The notes: generated by a model not told the origin, from the letters alone. A DNA stretch of 64,000 nucleotides from an uncultured Acidobacteriota bacterium (GCA_963702425.1 CAVPCQ010000006.1:288001-352000), one strand, 5' to 3'. Numbered from the stretch's first letter, positions 30,624 through 41,411 are shown. A program made the numbers and translations.

Positions 30624-31589
30624 CTAGCCCCGCTCTCCGGAAGGCGAGAGCGTGAAGACCGCGACGCCGCGGTTCCGCAACTGCGATACGAACAACCGGC
30701 CGGCCGCCGAAATGGCCAGGTCGGCCGGCCTGATCATCTTTCCATCGGCGGTCCCGTACCCGCCGAACTCGGTGACGAACTGCAGGCCGCTGTCGAAGAC
30801 GTTGACCGAGCTGCGCAGCATGTCCGCGACGTAGATGTTCCCGGCGGCGTCGGTGGCGACCGAGCCGGCCAGGTTGAACTTGCCCGGCCGCGAGCCGGCC
30901 TCGCCGAAGCGGCGGACGGCGCCGTCGGGCGCCATCACGTAGACGCCGAAGTCGATCGGCACGCTGACGATCACGTTCCCCTGCGGGTCGACCGCCATCC
31001 CGGCGAAGTCGGCGTTCTTGCGGATCTCCTTCTCGTCCGGCAGGGACTCGGTGAAGTCCTTGACCTGCAGCAGGCCGGCGCGCTTGTTCAGCACCAGGAC
31101 CTGCAGCCGGTTCGACGCTCCGAGGTAGAACTTGCCGCCGGCGTAGATCACCGTGCTGGGCGAGAAGTCCTTCAGCCCATCCGGGATCCCCGCCGGCAGC
31201 AGCTTCTCCTGCGGTACGCCGCGGTAGTCGCAGCGCAGCAGGAAGAAGTCGCCGCCGCCCGGGCGCCGGATCGGTTCGTAGCCGAGGAAGTAGAGGTCGC
31301 CGGTCTCGTCGACCGCGACGTCGTAGATCGTCCCGGCTGCCGGGTCGAGCGGGAAGGAGTAGGTTTCCATCCCGGTCGGCCCGAAGACCCTGAGGAAGCC
31401 CTCGCTCAGGATGAAGGCCTCTTCCCGCACGGCGTCCAGCCGGACCCGCACGCCCATGAACGGCACCGTCCCCGTGAAGTCGGCGAGGTTGTACTCGAAG
31501 CGGGGGGCGATCTCCGCCGCGGGCGCGACGCCGACCGCAGCGACCAGCGTCGCTGCCAGAGCCAGAACCGTGTGGGGGACGCTCCTCAT
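30624..31589 (-). CDS. NHL-repeat exported protein
   Basis: Signal peptide; FGEAGSRPGKFN..VATDAAGNIYVAD and FGGYGTADGKMIRPADLAI NHL repeats. Confidence 0.85.
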   Translation of the reverse strand: MRSVPHTVLALAATLVAAVGVAPAAEIAPRFEYNLADFTGTVPFMGVRVRLDAVREEAFILSEGFLRVFGPTGMETYSFPLDPAAGTIYDVAVDETGDLYFLGYEPIRRPGGGDFFLLRCDYRGVPQEKLLPAGIPDGLKDFSPSTVIYAGGKFYLGASNRLQVLVLNKRAGLLQVKDFTESLPDEKEIRKNADFAGMAVDPQGNVIVSVPIDFGVYVMAPDGAVRRFGEAGSRPGKFNLAGSVATDAAGNIYVADMLRSSVNVFDSGLQFVTEFGGYGTADGKMIRPADLAISAAGRLFVSQLRNRGVAVFTLSPSGERG

Positions 31590-31604
31590 CGCGGCTTACT
31601 GAAG

Positions 31605-31620
31605 AGCAATACACGTGCCA
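31605..31620 (-). promoter_or_regulatory. sigma54 (-24/-12) promoter of the cytochrome operon
   Basis: TGGCAC-GTGTA-TTGCT, a perfect consensus on the minus strand. Confidence 0.85.
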
Positions 31621-31694
31621 GCCGTCGGAGCGGTGGAAGACGAACATTCACGGGCGGTTCCGATTGTGTAAGCGTGACGGCGGGCGCGCCATCT

Positions 31695-31734
31695 GGTGAA
31701 AAGCCCATAAACCAACTGGTAATTTCCCCGATCG
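31695..31734 (-). promoter_or_regulatory. candidate tandem enhancer (UAS) boxes
   Basis: Minus strand CGATCGGGGAAATTACC-N11-GGGCTTTTCACC, about 75-115 bp upstream of the sigma54 site. Confidence 0.5.
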
Positions 31735-31760
31735 GGCCGGCCAATCTCGCCTGAACTCGG

Positions 31761-33347
31761 TCAGTGGTGCGGCGGCCCGAGGCCCTTGGAACCGGCCAGA
31801 GACAGGGCCCGGCCGCGCGCCCTGGTGACCAGCGCCTGCCGCTGCGGGTCCCCGGCTCCGGCGTCGGCGCGGACGTAGTCGCCGTACAGCGCCGCCGCCT
31901 CGGCCGTCCGCCCCTCGAGCTCGGCGACCCGAGCCAGGTTGTAGAGCACCATCGCCTCCGCCGGATCGAGCGCGCGGGCCCGCTCGAAGTGCTGTCGCGC
32001 GAGCGGGTATCGCCCGGCCAGGGCGTAGGCGTTGCCGAGGTTGTTGTGGGCTCCGGCGTGCGCCGGGTTGACGCGGACCGCGGCCTCCCACGCCGCGATG
32101 GCAGCCGGGAGGTTTCCGGATGAGGCCTCGAGCTGGCCGAGGTTGTAGAGGGCCGAGGCGTTCGTCGGGTCGGCGGCGACCATGCTCTCGTAGAGCTGCC
32201 GATCGTCCAGCCAGACCTGCGCGCGGAGCGCTGAGCGAACTCCCAGGGCCGCGACGACGAGCAGGACGACCACCATCGCCAGGCGCAGGTGGCGTGCGGC
32301 GAGCGCGTGCCAACCGGCCGCGAGCAGGAGCACGAAACCGAGCAGCGGGATGTAGAGGTAGCGCTCGGCCACCGGCGCGCTCGGGATCGGAACGAGATTC
32401 GAACCGGGCAGCAGGGCGAGGAGCAGCCAGAGGCTCGCCGCGCGGAGCGGCTCGGGGGCGCGCCGCGCCACGGCCGCCCAGCCCAGCGCGCCGAGCGCGG
32501 CCAGAACCGCGGCCAGCTTCGGGATCGAGAACGCCGTCGCCGCGGGCCCGTACGCGGCGTTGAGCGGGACCGGCCACGCCAGGATCCGCAGCGACTCGTA
32601 GAGCGACCCCACGACCAGCCGCGCGTGCGCCGCAAGGTCGCCGGCCCCGGCCGCGGGCGCGACGGCGCCCAGCACCGCCGCACGCAGCAGCAGGTACCCG
32701 CCGAGCAGCGCGAAGAAGAGGCCGAGCACGGGGGGGCGCGTCTTGAGGCGGGGATCCCGGGCGAGCAGAGCGAGACCGAGCAGGAACGGCGGCAGGACGA
32801 CCGCCGGCTCCTTGCTCAGCAGCGCCGCGGCGAACAGCCCCAGCGCGGCCGCGGTCGCGAGCGGCGTCCGGCGCAGCAGCGCCAGCAGCGCCCCCAGCAG
32901 ACCCGCGGCGCACAGCAGGTTGTTGCGCGCGGTGACGAAGGCGACGGCCTCGACCGTCGCCGGGTGGACGGCGAAGAGCAGCGCCGCCACGAAGCCGAGC
33001 CGCTCGTCCCCGAAGGCCCGCGCCACCAGCGCATAGAGCAGGAGCACGACGGCCGCGTGCAGCAGCAGGCTGGTCAGCCGCCACCAGAAGGGGTCGAGGC
33101 CGAAGAGCCGATAGTTTGCGAGAAAGCTCAGCGTCGTCAGTGGGCGGTAGTAGGGCGTGGCCCCGTGGTAGAGCCCGGTGTCGGACGAGGCGAGGATCGT
33201 CGCCGCGCTGCCGGACGCGGCGAAGAACGGGGCCTTGGCGACGATCAGCTCGGCGTCGTCCCAGACGAAGCGGCCGGCGAGGCTCGCGCCGTAGACCGCG
33301 AGGACGACGCCGATGAGGACGAGGACGGGGAGGGCCCGGCTGCGCAT
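31761..33347 (-). CDS. TMTC-like GT-C glycosyltransferase with C-terminal TPRs (paralog 1)
   Basis: FVWDD, YYRPL, LLFAVHP..VEAVAFV, LLSKE, AERYLY, then TPRs. Confidence 0.85.
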   Translation of the reverse strand: MRSRALPVLVLIGVVLAVYGASLAGRFVWDDAELIVAKAPFFAASGSAATILASSDTGLYHGATPYYRPLTTLSFLANYRLFGLDPFWWRLTSLLLHAAVVLLLYALVARAFGDERLGFVAALLFAVHPATVEAVAFVTARNNLLCAAGLLGALLALLRRTPLATAAALGLFAAALLSKEPAVVLPPFLLGLALLARDPRLKTRPPVLGLFFALLGGYLLLRAAVLGAVAPAAGAGDLAAHARLVVGSLYESLRILAWPVPLNAAYGPAATAFSIPKLAAVLAALGALGWAAVARRAPEPLRAASLWLLLALLPGSNLVPIPSAPVAERYLYIPLLGFVLLLAAGWHALAARHLRLAMVVVLLVVAALGVRSALRAQVWLDDRQLYESMVAADPTNASALYNLGQLEASSGNLPAAIAAWEAAVRVNPAHAGAHNNLGNAYALAGRYPLARQHFERARALDPAEAMVLYNLARVAELEGRTAEAAALYGDYVRADAGAGDPQRQALVTRARGRALSLAGSKGLGPPHH

Positions 33348-33438
33348 CGGGCGCCATCTTCCCCGCCCTTCTGCGGCGGTGCCAGCACCGGACGGCCGCG
33401 CTCCTCGCATAGACTTCGCCTCGCACCCGGAGGCCGCC

Positions 33439-34752
33439 ATGAGCCGGTCCGTCCCCCGCCGCGCGTTCCTCGGTTCGATGCTCTACCCGGCCGCGCTGGC
33501 CCCGGTCGCGTTCAGCGCGACCGGGCTCGCGCGGGCCTTCGCCGCCGCCGCCGCGGCCGGCCCCGCGCCCGCCGGAGCCGATCCCCTCGCCGGCGACGAG
33601 GCCTTCTGGCGCGAGGTCCAGCAGGCCTTCGCCGTCGACCGCAGTCTGGTCAACCTCAACAACGGCGGCGTCAGCCCCTCGCCACGCCCCGTGCTCGACG
33701 CCCTGTTCCGCGACTGGAGCTACCAGAACACGCTCCCGCCCTACACGATGTGGCAGATCCTCGAGCCGCAGCGCGAAGGGGTCCGGCAGCAGCTCGCGCG
33801 GCTCGCCGGCGCGTCGCCGGACGAGGTCGCGCTGACCCGCAACGCCTCCGAGGCGCTCGAGACGGTCCAGCTGGGCCTGCCGCTGGCCGCGGGAGACGAG
33901 GTCCTGACCACGACCCAGGACTACCCGCGGATGATCACGACCTGGAAGCAGCGCGCGCGGCGCGAGGGGATCGTCCTGAAGCAGTTCCCTCTTCCCGTTC
34001 CGGCCTCCGACCCGGCCCGCGTCGTGGCGCTGTTCGAGGAGAACCTCACGCCGAAGACGAAGGCGATCCTGGTCTCGCACGTGATCTTCCTGACCGGCCA
34101 GGTCATGCCGGTGCGCGAGGTCGTGGCGCTCGGCCGCAGGCGCGGAATCCCCGTCATCGTCGACGGTGCGCACTCGTTCGCCCACCTCGACTTCACGCTG
34201 GCCGATCTCGACTGCGACTACTTCGGAACCAGCCTGCACAAGTGGCTCGCCGCGCCGCACGGGACCGGGATGCTCTTCGTACGGAAGAAACTGGTCCCCG
34301 GCCTCTGGCCGCTGATGCCCGCCGACGAGCAGCAGGACGGCGACATCCGGAAGTTCGAGGAGATCGGCACCCACCCGGCGGCGCCCTATCTGGCGATCGC
34401 CGACGCGATCGCCTTCCACCTGGCGATCGGGCAGCCGCGGAAGCTACAGCGCCTGGTCCACCTGCGCGACCTCTGGGTCGAGCCGCTGAGGGCACACCCG
34501 CAGGTCCGGCTGCACACTGCCCTGGGCCCCGGCCTTGCGGGTGGGATCGCGCTGTTCCAGGTCGAGGGGCTGGAGAGCGGCGAGCTGGTCAAGCAGCTCT
34601 GGGATCGGCACCGGATCTTCACCGTCGCGATCAAGCACGCCGACTTCGAGGGGGTCCGCGTCAGCCCGAGCGTCTACACGACGCCGGCCGAGGTGGAACG
34701 CTTCGTCGACGCCGTCCTGGCCGCCGCGGGAAGTGCACGGCGCGTGGTCTAG
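33439..34752 (+). CDS. class V PLP aminotransferase (isopenicillin-N-epimerase-like) with a Tat signal
   Basis: RRAFLG Tat motif; LNNGGVSPSP, VDGAH, SLHKW. Confidence 0.85.
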   Translation: MSRSVPRRAFLGSMLYPAALAPVAFSATGLARAFAAAAAAGPAPAGADPLAGDEAFWREVQQAFAVDRSLVNLNNGGVSPSPRPVLDALFRDWSYQNTLPPYTMWQILEPQREGVRQQLARLAGASPDEVALTRNASEALETVQLGLPLAAGDEVLTTTQDYPRMITTWKQRARREGIVLKQFPLPVPASDPARVVALFEENLTPKTKAILVSHVIFLTGQVMPVREVVALGRRRGIPVIVDGAHSFAHLDFTLADLDCDYFGTSLHKWLAAPHGTGMLFVRKKLVPGLWPLMPADEQQDGDIRKFEEIGTHPAAPYLAIADAIAFHLAIGQPRKLQRLVHLRDLWVEPLRAHPQVRLHTALGPGLAGGIALFQVEGLESGELVKQLWDRHRIFTVAIKHADFEGVRVSPSVYTTPAEVERFVDAVLAAAGSARRVV

Positions 34753-34767
34753 CCTGATCCGGTCCAG

Positions 34768-35592
34768 TCAGCGCGTCGCCACGGCGGCCCCGGCCACGGA
34801 CATCGCGGACGCCGGCTGCGGCGCGGGTCGTCCGAGCGCCTGCTGGACGTCCCAGCGCGGGTGGCCGATGTCGTGGCACCCGAGGCACAGCGCCCGCCGG
34901 CTCTCCGTCGTCGTCAGGGCGCGGTGCGAACCGTAGACGCGGTGGCAGCTGGCGCAGCTCACGCGACCCTCGACGAGCCGGGCCGACGGGCCGATCTCTG
35001 CGGCGGCGCGGTAGACGCCGCCGCGCGTCGGCCGCGCCGAGCCGTAGTCGATGAGCGGGTGCGAGTGGCCGACCTCGATCTGCGGAGGCATCCCCGGGAA
35101 GTCGGGGACCAGTTCGGCCCCGCCGTGACAGGCCAGGCAGCGTTTCGAGAAGTCGTCGACCTCCGGCTCCGTCCCGTCCAGGCCGGCCGGCGCGGGTCCG
35201 GCGAGCCGAGGCCCGCCGTGCACGGTGTCGGGGTACTGCGCGTGCGGCGTGTCCCACGCGCCGCTGGCCGCGCGGTGGCAGCGCGCACAGAGCTCGGGGA
35301 CGGTCACCCGCAGGAAGAAATCGGCGTCGGCGGCCTCGCGCCCTGCAGGGCCGTGCCCGGCGTGGCAGGTCAGGCACGTGACGCGCCCCGCGTCGAGCGG
35401 CAGCCCGGCTGCATCGCCGGAGACTCGACCGAGCACAGGCACGTCGATCGGGTGGGTGGGCATGTCCGACTGGGGGGCGCGCACGTGGCAGGTGACGCAG
35501 AGCTCGCTGCCGTCCGACGCGAGAGCGGGAAGCGGGGCGAGGGCCAGGGCGCACAGCGCCCCGGCGACCGCCACGCGGCCAAGGGTGGCCAT
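34768..35592 (-). CDS. exported hexaheme c-type cytochrome
   Basis: Signal peptide; CVTCH, CLTCH, CARCH, CLACH, CASCH, CLGCH. Confidence 0.9.
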   Translation of the reverse strand: MATLGRVAVAGALCALALAPLPALASDGSELCVTCHVRAPQSDMPTHPIDVPVLGRVSGDAAGLPLDAGRVTCLTCHAGHGPAGREAADADFFLRVTVPELCARCHRAASGAWDTPHAQYPDTVHGGPRLAGPAPAGLDGTEPEVDDFSKRCLACHGGAELVPDFPGMPPQIEVGHSHPLIDYGSARPTRGGVYRAAAEIGPSARLVEGRVSCASCHRVYGSHRALTTTESRRALCLGCHDIGHPRWDVQQALGRPAPQPASAMSVAGAAVATR

Positions 35593-35758
35593 GGGTAGGA
35601 AAGCCCCTCCGCGTCCCCGCAGGTCCGACCGTTTCCGACTGGACCGTCACCGAACTTAGGTCCCCGGCGGCGTGGGCGGCAACCGTGGAAACCGGCCGCG
35701 TCCCCGCCTTCCGTCGAGGCCGCGGCCCGATAATGTCCAGGACCCGCGGGGAGGAGCC

Positions 35759-36751
35759 GTGTCCGACGAGCCGCTGAGCGACGAACCGCGTCACCCGATC
35801 CAGGTCGTCGTGCGCCGGACCGGTGTCAGCCAGGACCTGCTGCGGGCCTGGGAGAAGCGCTACGCGGTCGTCGCTCCCGGCCGGACGCGCGGCAGCCACC
35901 GGCTCTACTCCGACGCCGACATCCACCGCCTCGGCCTGGTGCGCGAAGCGCTCGAGGCGGGCCGCCGCATCGGACAGGTCGCCGCGCTGCCGACCGACGA
36001 GCTGGCGGCCCTGGTCGACGCCGACCGGCGCGCGGCGTTCGCGGGGCCGCGGTCGAGGCTGCCGCGCGCGGCGGCGCCTCCGGCGCTGCCGGAGGACCTG
36101 CGCAGGCGCCACGTCGCCGCGTGCCTCGACGCCATTCGCGAGCTCGACGCTCCGCGGCTCGAGGCCGCACTCGAGGAGGCGCGGCTCGCGTTCAGCCTGC
36201 CGCACCTGCTCGAAGGGGTCGTCGGACCGCTGCTCGAGGCGATTGGCGAAAGCTGGCAGCGGGGCGAGCTGCGCCCGTATCACGAGCACATGGCGACCGC
36301 CGTACTGCGCGGCTTCCTGGCCGGGATGCGCGGCAGCTTCCTTGCGGCGGGCAATGCGCCCCTGCTGCTCGTGGCCCTCCCCACCGGCCAGTACCACGAG
36401 CTGTCCGCACTGATGGCCGCCCTCGCGGCGGCGGCCGAAGGGTGGCGCGTGACCCACCTCGGACCCGACCTCCCGGCGGATGACATCGCCGCCGCGGCCC
36501 GCCAGTCGGGCGCGCGGGCGATCGCCCTGGGACTGGTCTTCCCGGCCGACGACCCGGAACTGCCGGGGCAGTTGGAGCGGCTGCGGCGCGCGGTCGGCCC
36601 GTCGCTCCCCGTCCTGGTGTTCGGAGGGGCCGTTCCGGCCTACGCCCGGGCGATCGACGCCATCGGCGCCGCGCAGGTGGCCGGGGTCTCCGCCCTGCGG
36701 GTCGCTCTCGGACGGTTGCGCCGGCCTCCCGAGGTCAGCTCAAGTCGTTGA
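35759..36751 (+). CDS. MerR-HTH plus cobalamin-binding regulator (CarH/LitR-like)
   Basis: LRAWEKRY..RLYS MerR HTH; W-x9-EH-like segment (WQRGELRPYHEH); GQYHELS B12 motif; LGPDLP. Confidence 0.85.
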   Translation: MSDEPLSDEPRHPIQVVVRRTGVSQDLLRAWEKRYAVVAPGRTRGSHRLYSDADIHRLGLVREALEAGRRIGQVAALPTDELAALVDADRRAAFAGPRSRLPRAAAPPALPEDLRRRHVAACLDAIRELDAPRLEAALEEARLAFSLPHLLEGVVGPLLEAIGESWQRGELRPYHEHMATAVLRGFLAGMRGSFLAAGNAPLLLVALPTGQYHELSALMAALAAAAEGWRVTHLGPDLPADDIAAAARQSGARAIALGLVFPADDPELPGQLERLRRAVGPSLPVLVFGGAVPAYARAIDAIGAAQVAGVSALRVALGRLRRPPEVSSSR

Positions 36752-36806
36752 TTCAGAGACACTTGCTGGAGGATGCCGCGGCGAACCGCAATTCTCCTTG
36801 CCGTCA

Positions 36807-36834
36807 TGTGATCATAGTGATATCATTCTGATTG
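36807..36834. promoter_or_regulatory. TGAT(A)TCA palindrome cluster, likely operator of the SPFH-RHH operon
   Basis: tgtgatcatagtgatatcattctgattg, just upstream of the AGGAGG SD. Confidence 0.5.
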
Positions 36835-36853
36835 CTCACTAGGAGGGGCACCC

Positions 36854-37738
36854 ATGATCCGCGAGAAGGAAGTCCGTCCCGTCACCGGCCTGGCCGCGCT
36901 CGTCGTCCTGCTCGCCGCGCTCGCCGGCTCGATCTACCTGTTCGTCCAGGCGGTCATCGCGCTGGACCGCGGCACGGGCAGCATCCCGATGCTGATCCTC
37001 TGGATCGTGTCGATCGCGGTCTCGTTCATCCTGCTGCTCGGCCTGTTCACGGTCGCGCCGAACCAGGGGGTGGTCCTTCAGCTGTTCGGCCGCTACGTAG
37101 GGACCGCGCGGATCGAGGGGCTGCGCTGGACCAATCCTTTCTACACCAAGAAGAAGCTCTCGCTGCGCGTGCGCAATTTCGAAACCCAGCGACTGAAGGT
37201 CAACGACCTGATGGGCAATCCGATCGAGATCGGCGCGATCGTCGTCTGGCAGGTCGTCGACACCGCGGAAGCGGCTTTCGAGGTCGACGACTACCAGAAC
37301 TACGTCCACATCCAGAGCGAGTCCGCGCTGCGCAGCCTCACCACCCAGTACCCCTACGACGCCCACGAGGAGGGGGTGATGTCGCTGCGCGCCAACATCG
37401 TCGAGATCGCCGAGCACCTCAAGACCGAGATCCAGGACCGGCTGGCCAAGGCCGGCGTGAAGGTGATCGAGGCCCGGATCAGCCACCTCGCCTACGCCGC
37501 GGAGATCGCGGCCGCGATGCTGCAGCGCCAGCAGGCCTCGGCGATCATCGCCGCGCGGCAGAAGATCGTCGACGGCGCGGTCGGGATGGTCGAGATGGCG
37601 CTCGCGCGGCTGGCCGCCAACAACGTCGTGCAGTTCGACGAGGAGCGCAAGGCGGCGATGGTCAGCAACCTGCTGGTCGTGCTCTGCAGCGAGCGCTCGG
37701 CCCAGCCGATCGTCAACGCCGGCTCGATCTACCACTAG
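36854..37738 (+). CDS. SPFH/band-7 domain membrane protein
   Basis: Two TM helices; [46 protein letters not shown]. Confidence 0.9.
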   Translation: MIREKEVRPVTGLAALVVLLAALAGSIYLFVQAVIALDRGTGSIPMLILWIVSIAVSFILLLGLFTVAPNQGVVLQLFGRYVGTARIEGLRWTNPFYTKKKLSLRVRNFETQRLKVNDLMGNPIEIGAIVVWQVVDTAEAAFEVDDYQNYVHIQSESALRSLTTQYPYDAHEEGVMSLRANIVEIAEHLKTEIQDRLAKAGVKVIEARISHLAYAAEIAAAMLQRQQASAIIAARQKIVDGAVGMVEMALARLAANNVVQFDEERKAAMVSNLLVVLCSERSAQPIVNAGSIYH

Positions 37739-37750
37739 CCGGAGGCGGCC

Positions 37751-37935
37751 GTGGGCGAGCGGAAGTCGTTCCTGCTGCGCGTCGACGGCGCGCTGCTCGA
37801 CGCGCTGCGCGCGTGGGCGGAGGACGACCTGCGCTCGCTCAACGGCCAGATCGAGTTCGTGCTGCGGGAGGCGCTGAAGCAAGAAGGGGCGCAGGGTCGC
37901 CGAAGGGCCCGCCGCCCCCGAACCCGGCGACGATC
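37751..37935 (+). CDS. small Arc/ribbon-helix-helix DNA-binding protein (3' end uncertain)
   Basis: RKSFLLRVD..WAEDDLRSLNGQIEFVLREAL; the stop is probably lost to an indel. Confidence 0.7.
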
Positions 37936-39766
37936 AGAAGCCCGCCCCGCGGATCGCGCGCGCCGCCTGCTCCCCGGCCTCTGCGTCGATCCCGGCGAGG
38001 GCCCGCTGCTCGCTCCACGCGAGGTCGGGCCGCCCCTCCCGGACCCGGGCGTAGACGAGCCCGAGGCGCGCTTCCGGATCGCCGGGCGCCAGCGCGATCG
38101 CGCGCTCGAAGGCCTGCGCGGCCCCCGACGGGTCGCCGGTCACGCCGCGGGCCCGGCCGAGCGAGGTCCACGCCGCGGCGAATCCCGGGCGCAGCGCGAC
38201 GGCCCGTTCGAGCGGCGGGATCGCATCCAGCGGCCGGCGCATCAGCAGGAACGTGTAGCCGAGGTTCGCCAGCGCCTCCGGGTAGTCGGGACGCAGCTCG
38301 AGCGCGCGCCGGAAGCTCGCGATCGACTCGTCCCATCGAGCCCTGGCGACCGCGGACCATCCCGAGCTTCATGTGGGCCCCTTCGAGAGCGGGGTCGAGC
38401 GCGATCGCCCGGTCGAGCAGGGCCGCGGCTTCGTCGTACCTCCCCTGCCCCTCCCGCAGGTGCGCCAGGCCGACGAAGCCGTCGGCGTAACGCGGCGAGC
38501 GCGCGACGAGTGCCGCGTAGAGCGCCTCCTCGTCGCGCCAGATCCTCGACTCCCCTGCGCTCAGTGCGGCGCCGGCCAGCGCCGCCACCCCGAGCAGCGC
38601 GGCCACCGCGCGCCGCGCGTGCGAACGCCGTGACCCGCCGCGGCCAGCGCGAGGATCGGCAGGCCGGCCGACGGCAGGTAGAGGAATCGCTCCGCCAGCG
38701 GTGCCCCCGCGTGCGCGGCGATTCCCGCGCTCGGCAACAGGAAGAGCACCGTCCAGGCCGCCGACAGCAACCCGGCGCGCTGCCAGCGTCGCCCCGCCAG
38801 GAGGCACCAGGCGACGACGACGAGGGCCGCGGCCGCAATGGTGAGCGCGCCGAGCCGGACCTGGTCCGGGGTGTGGTACGGCGAGAGCGGCCACGGGAGG
38901 ACCAGCAGCCGGAGCGCGGACAGCAGCACCGCCGGGGCCGCGGCGAGGCGTTCGCCGAGGGGAACCGCCGCGCCGGTCCCGGCGCCGGCCCCGAGCAGCG
39001 GCACACCCGCGACCGCGCCGCGAAGGAGCAGGACCGCGAGGAGCGCGGCGCCGAGACCGGCCAACCAGGCGAATCGGCCTCGCGTGCACCAGGCGCGCGG
39101 CGCGGCCGGCAGCAGCGCGTCCCACGCGACGAGCACGAGCGGCAGCACGAACGCGACTTCCTTCGAGAGGCAGGCCAGCGCGAAGAGGGCGCTCGCCGCG
39201 GCGATCGTCCACGGCCCGCCGCTCCGCTCCGCCGCGCGGTCGCGCAGCCACAGGATCACCGCGCCGAACGCGAAGACCGCGGCCAGCAGGTCGGTCCGCC
39301 CCGAGACGAACGCGACCGACTCGACGTGGACCGGGTGGACGGCGAAGAGCGCGGCCCCCGCCAGCGCGGCCCACGTCTCCACGCCGAGACGGCGCAGCAG
39401 CCGGAAGAGCAGCGCGCTCGCCAGCGCGTTGAGCAGGACGTTCGTGAGGTGGAACGGCCAGGCCGCCCCGCCGCCCAGGGCGCGGTCGAGCCAGAGCGAC
39501 AGCATCGTGACCGGCCGGTAGAAGCCCAGCGGCACCGCGGGATCGAGGCGGAAGTCCGCCCCGAGCACGGCCAGGAGGCCGCCCCCGAGCAGGCGCTCCT
39601 GGAGCACGCCGAGCAGCTTGGGATCGTCCCAGACCAGCCGGTAGCCGAGCGTCGGGGCGAACACGGCGATCGCGATCAGCCCGACGGCGAGCGGCATCCA
39701 CCAGCCGTCGCGAGCGGGGCGCGGGGCAGCCGGCTGCATCACGCTCGGAACCTCCACCTCCGCCAT
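37934..39766 (-). CDS. TMTC-like glycosyltransferase with TPRs (paralog 2), frameshifted
   Basis: LVWDD, FYRPV, LFAVHPVHVESVAFVSGR, LSKE, LAERFLYLPS; TPRs continue in other frames. Confidence 0.8.
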
Positions 39767-39817
39767 CGCCTCTCCGCGCTTCGCACCCGGGGCCGAGCGA
39801 TGATAGAAGAGTGCGGC

Positions 39818-41411
39818 ATGACCGGTAAACGACGCCTTTCCCGCACCTTCGTGGTGGCTGCCGCGCTGCTGTTCGCCGGAGCCCGGAGCGGCCTGGCCGC
39901 AACCGACCCCGGCACACGCGGCCCCTTCGCGACGGGAAAGCTCAACGCGAACATCCCCGTCACCGCCGGCGCGACGCTCAACGCGGACATCTACTACCCC
40001 GCGAAGGACGGCGGCGTCGACCCGGCCGCGGGCCGCCTGCCGGTCGTGATCTTCGGCCACGGCTTCTCCCGCAACAAGGACCGCTACGACCTCGGCGACC
40101 ACCTCGCGAGCCGCGGCTACCTGACGATCCAGGCCAACTACCCGTGCGGTTTCTCCGGCTGCGACCACTCGAAGAACGCCGACGACATGAGCGCGCAGAT
40201 CGACTGGATCTTCGCCCGGAACGCCGACCCGGCGTCGATCTTCTTCGGGCGGATCGACACCACGAAGGCCGGGACCTCGGGCCACTCGGCGGGCGGTCTC
40301 TGGGCGCTCACCGCGGCCGGGCGCGACCCGCGCGTGATCGCCTCCGCGCCGCTCGACCCGGTCGACAACAACGGGCTCGGCGCGGGCACCCTGCCGCTCG
40401 CGCGCGCGGCGATCGGGATCACCTACTCCGAGCCGTCGAGCTGCAACGCGGACGGCAGCGCCGCAGTCCTCTACGCCGCCGCCGTCCCGCAGAAGCGCGG
40501 CGTGAAGCTGGTCGGCGCCAACCACTGCGACCCCGAGAAGAACAGCGACTTCCTGGGCTGCGGCCTGACCTGCGGCTCCTGGAACGCGACACGCCACCAG
40601 CGCTACCTGCGCTACGTCACCGGCTGGTTCGAGTACTTCCTGCGCTGCGACCGGAGCTACGAGGAGTGGGTCCTCGGGGCCCGCGTCGAGCAGGACCTCG
40701 CCGCCGGGCTGATCACCTACGAAGCCGCGCTCGCGCCCGAACCGCCGACCGGCCTCGCGGCCGCGGCCGACGGCGCGGCGATCGCCGTCAGCCGCGCGGC
40801 GGCCGACCGGTGCGCGTCGATCGCCTTCTGGCGCCTCTTCCGCGGCGCGGCGAGCGGCGGCCCGTACGCGCTGCGGGCCGACGAGCTGCCGGCCGCTTCG
40901 ACCAGCTTCCGCGACGAGGCGGTCGAGCCCGGCCAAACCTATTTCTACGTCGCTCGCGACGTGGCCCGCGACTTCCGGGCGCTCACCGAAAGCCCGGACT
41001 CGAACGAGGCCTCGGCCACCGCCGGCGGCGGCGGGCCCGGTCCGGGCGAGGCCAGCCCGCCGGCGGCGCCGCTGACCGCGCGGCGCGGCAGCGGGGCGCC
41101 GACGGCGATCGAGGTCGCCTATGTCCCCCGCTCCCTGTGCGACCGACCACACGATCTATTGGGCGAGCCGCGCCGGACCGCTCGCCGGGCCGGCATCGTG
41201 GAGCGCGGCGAGCTGCCTGCTCGGCGCCGACGGCAGCGCCTCGTTCGATCCGGGACCGCTCGCTGCCGGCTCGTGGCTCTACTTCGTCGTCGTCGGCAAC
41301 GACGGCGCTCGCGAAGGGTCGTACGGCCGCGATGGGGCGGGCGGCGAGCGCTCGCCGGCCACGGCGCTGCCGGGCTGCGCCTACGCCTACGACCTCGCAC
41401 CCTGCCCGTGA
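39818..41411 (+). CDS. secreted alpha/beta hydrolase (chlorophyllase-like) with FN3 and a C-terminal accessory domain (frameshift near 41125)
   Basis: Signal peptide; FGHGF, GHSAGG, LDPVD, GANHC; FN3 PEPPTGLAA..TYFYV; tail YFVVVGNDGAREGSYG. Confidence 0.8.

Noticed and set aside
35609-35707. 12-bp direct repeat CCGCGTCCCCGC as an operator
   Set aside because: Only two copies, nearly all G/C, plausible by chance at this composition.
39818-40740. PETase/cutinase call
   Set aside because: Motifs (HGF, GHSAGG, DPVD) fit chlorophyllase-like enzymes better than GHSMGGGG-type polyester hydrolases.
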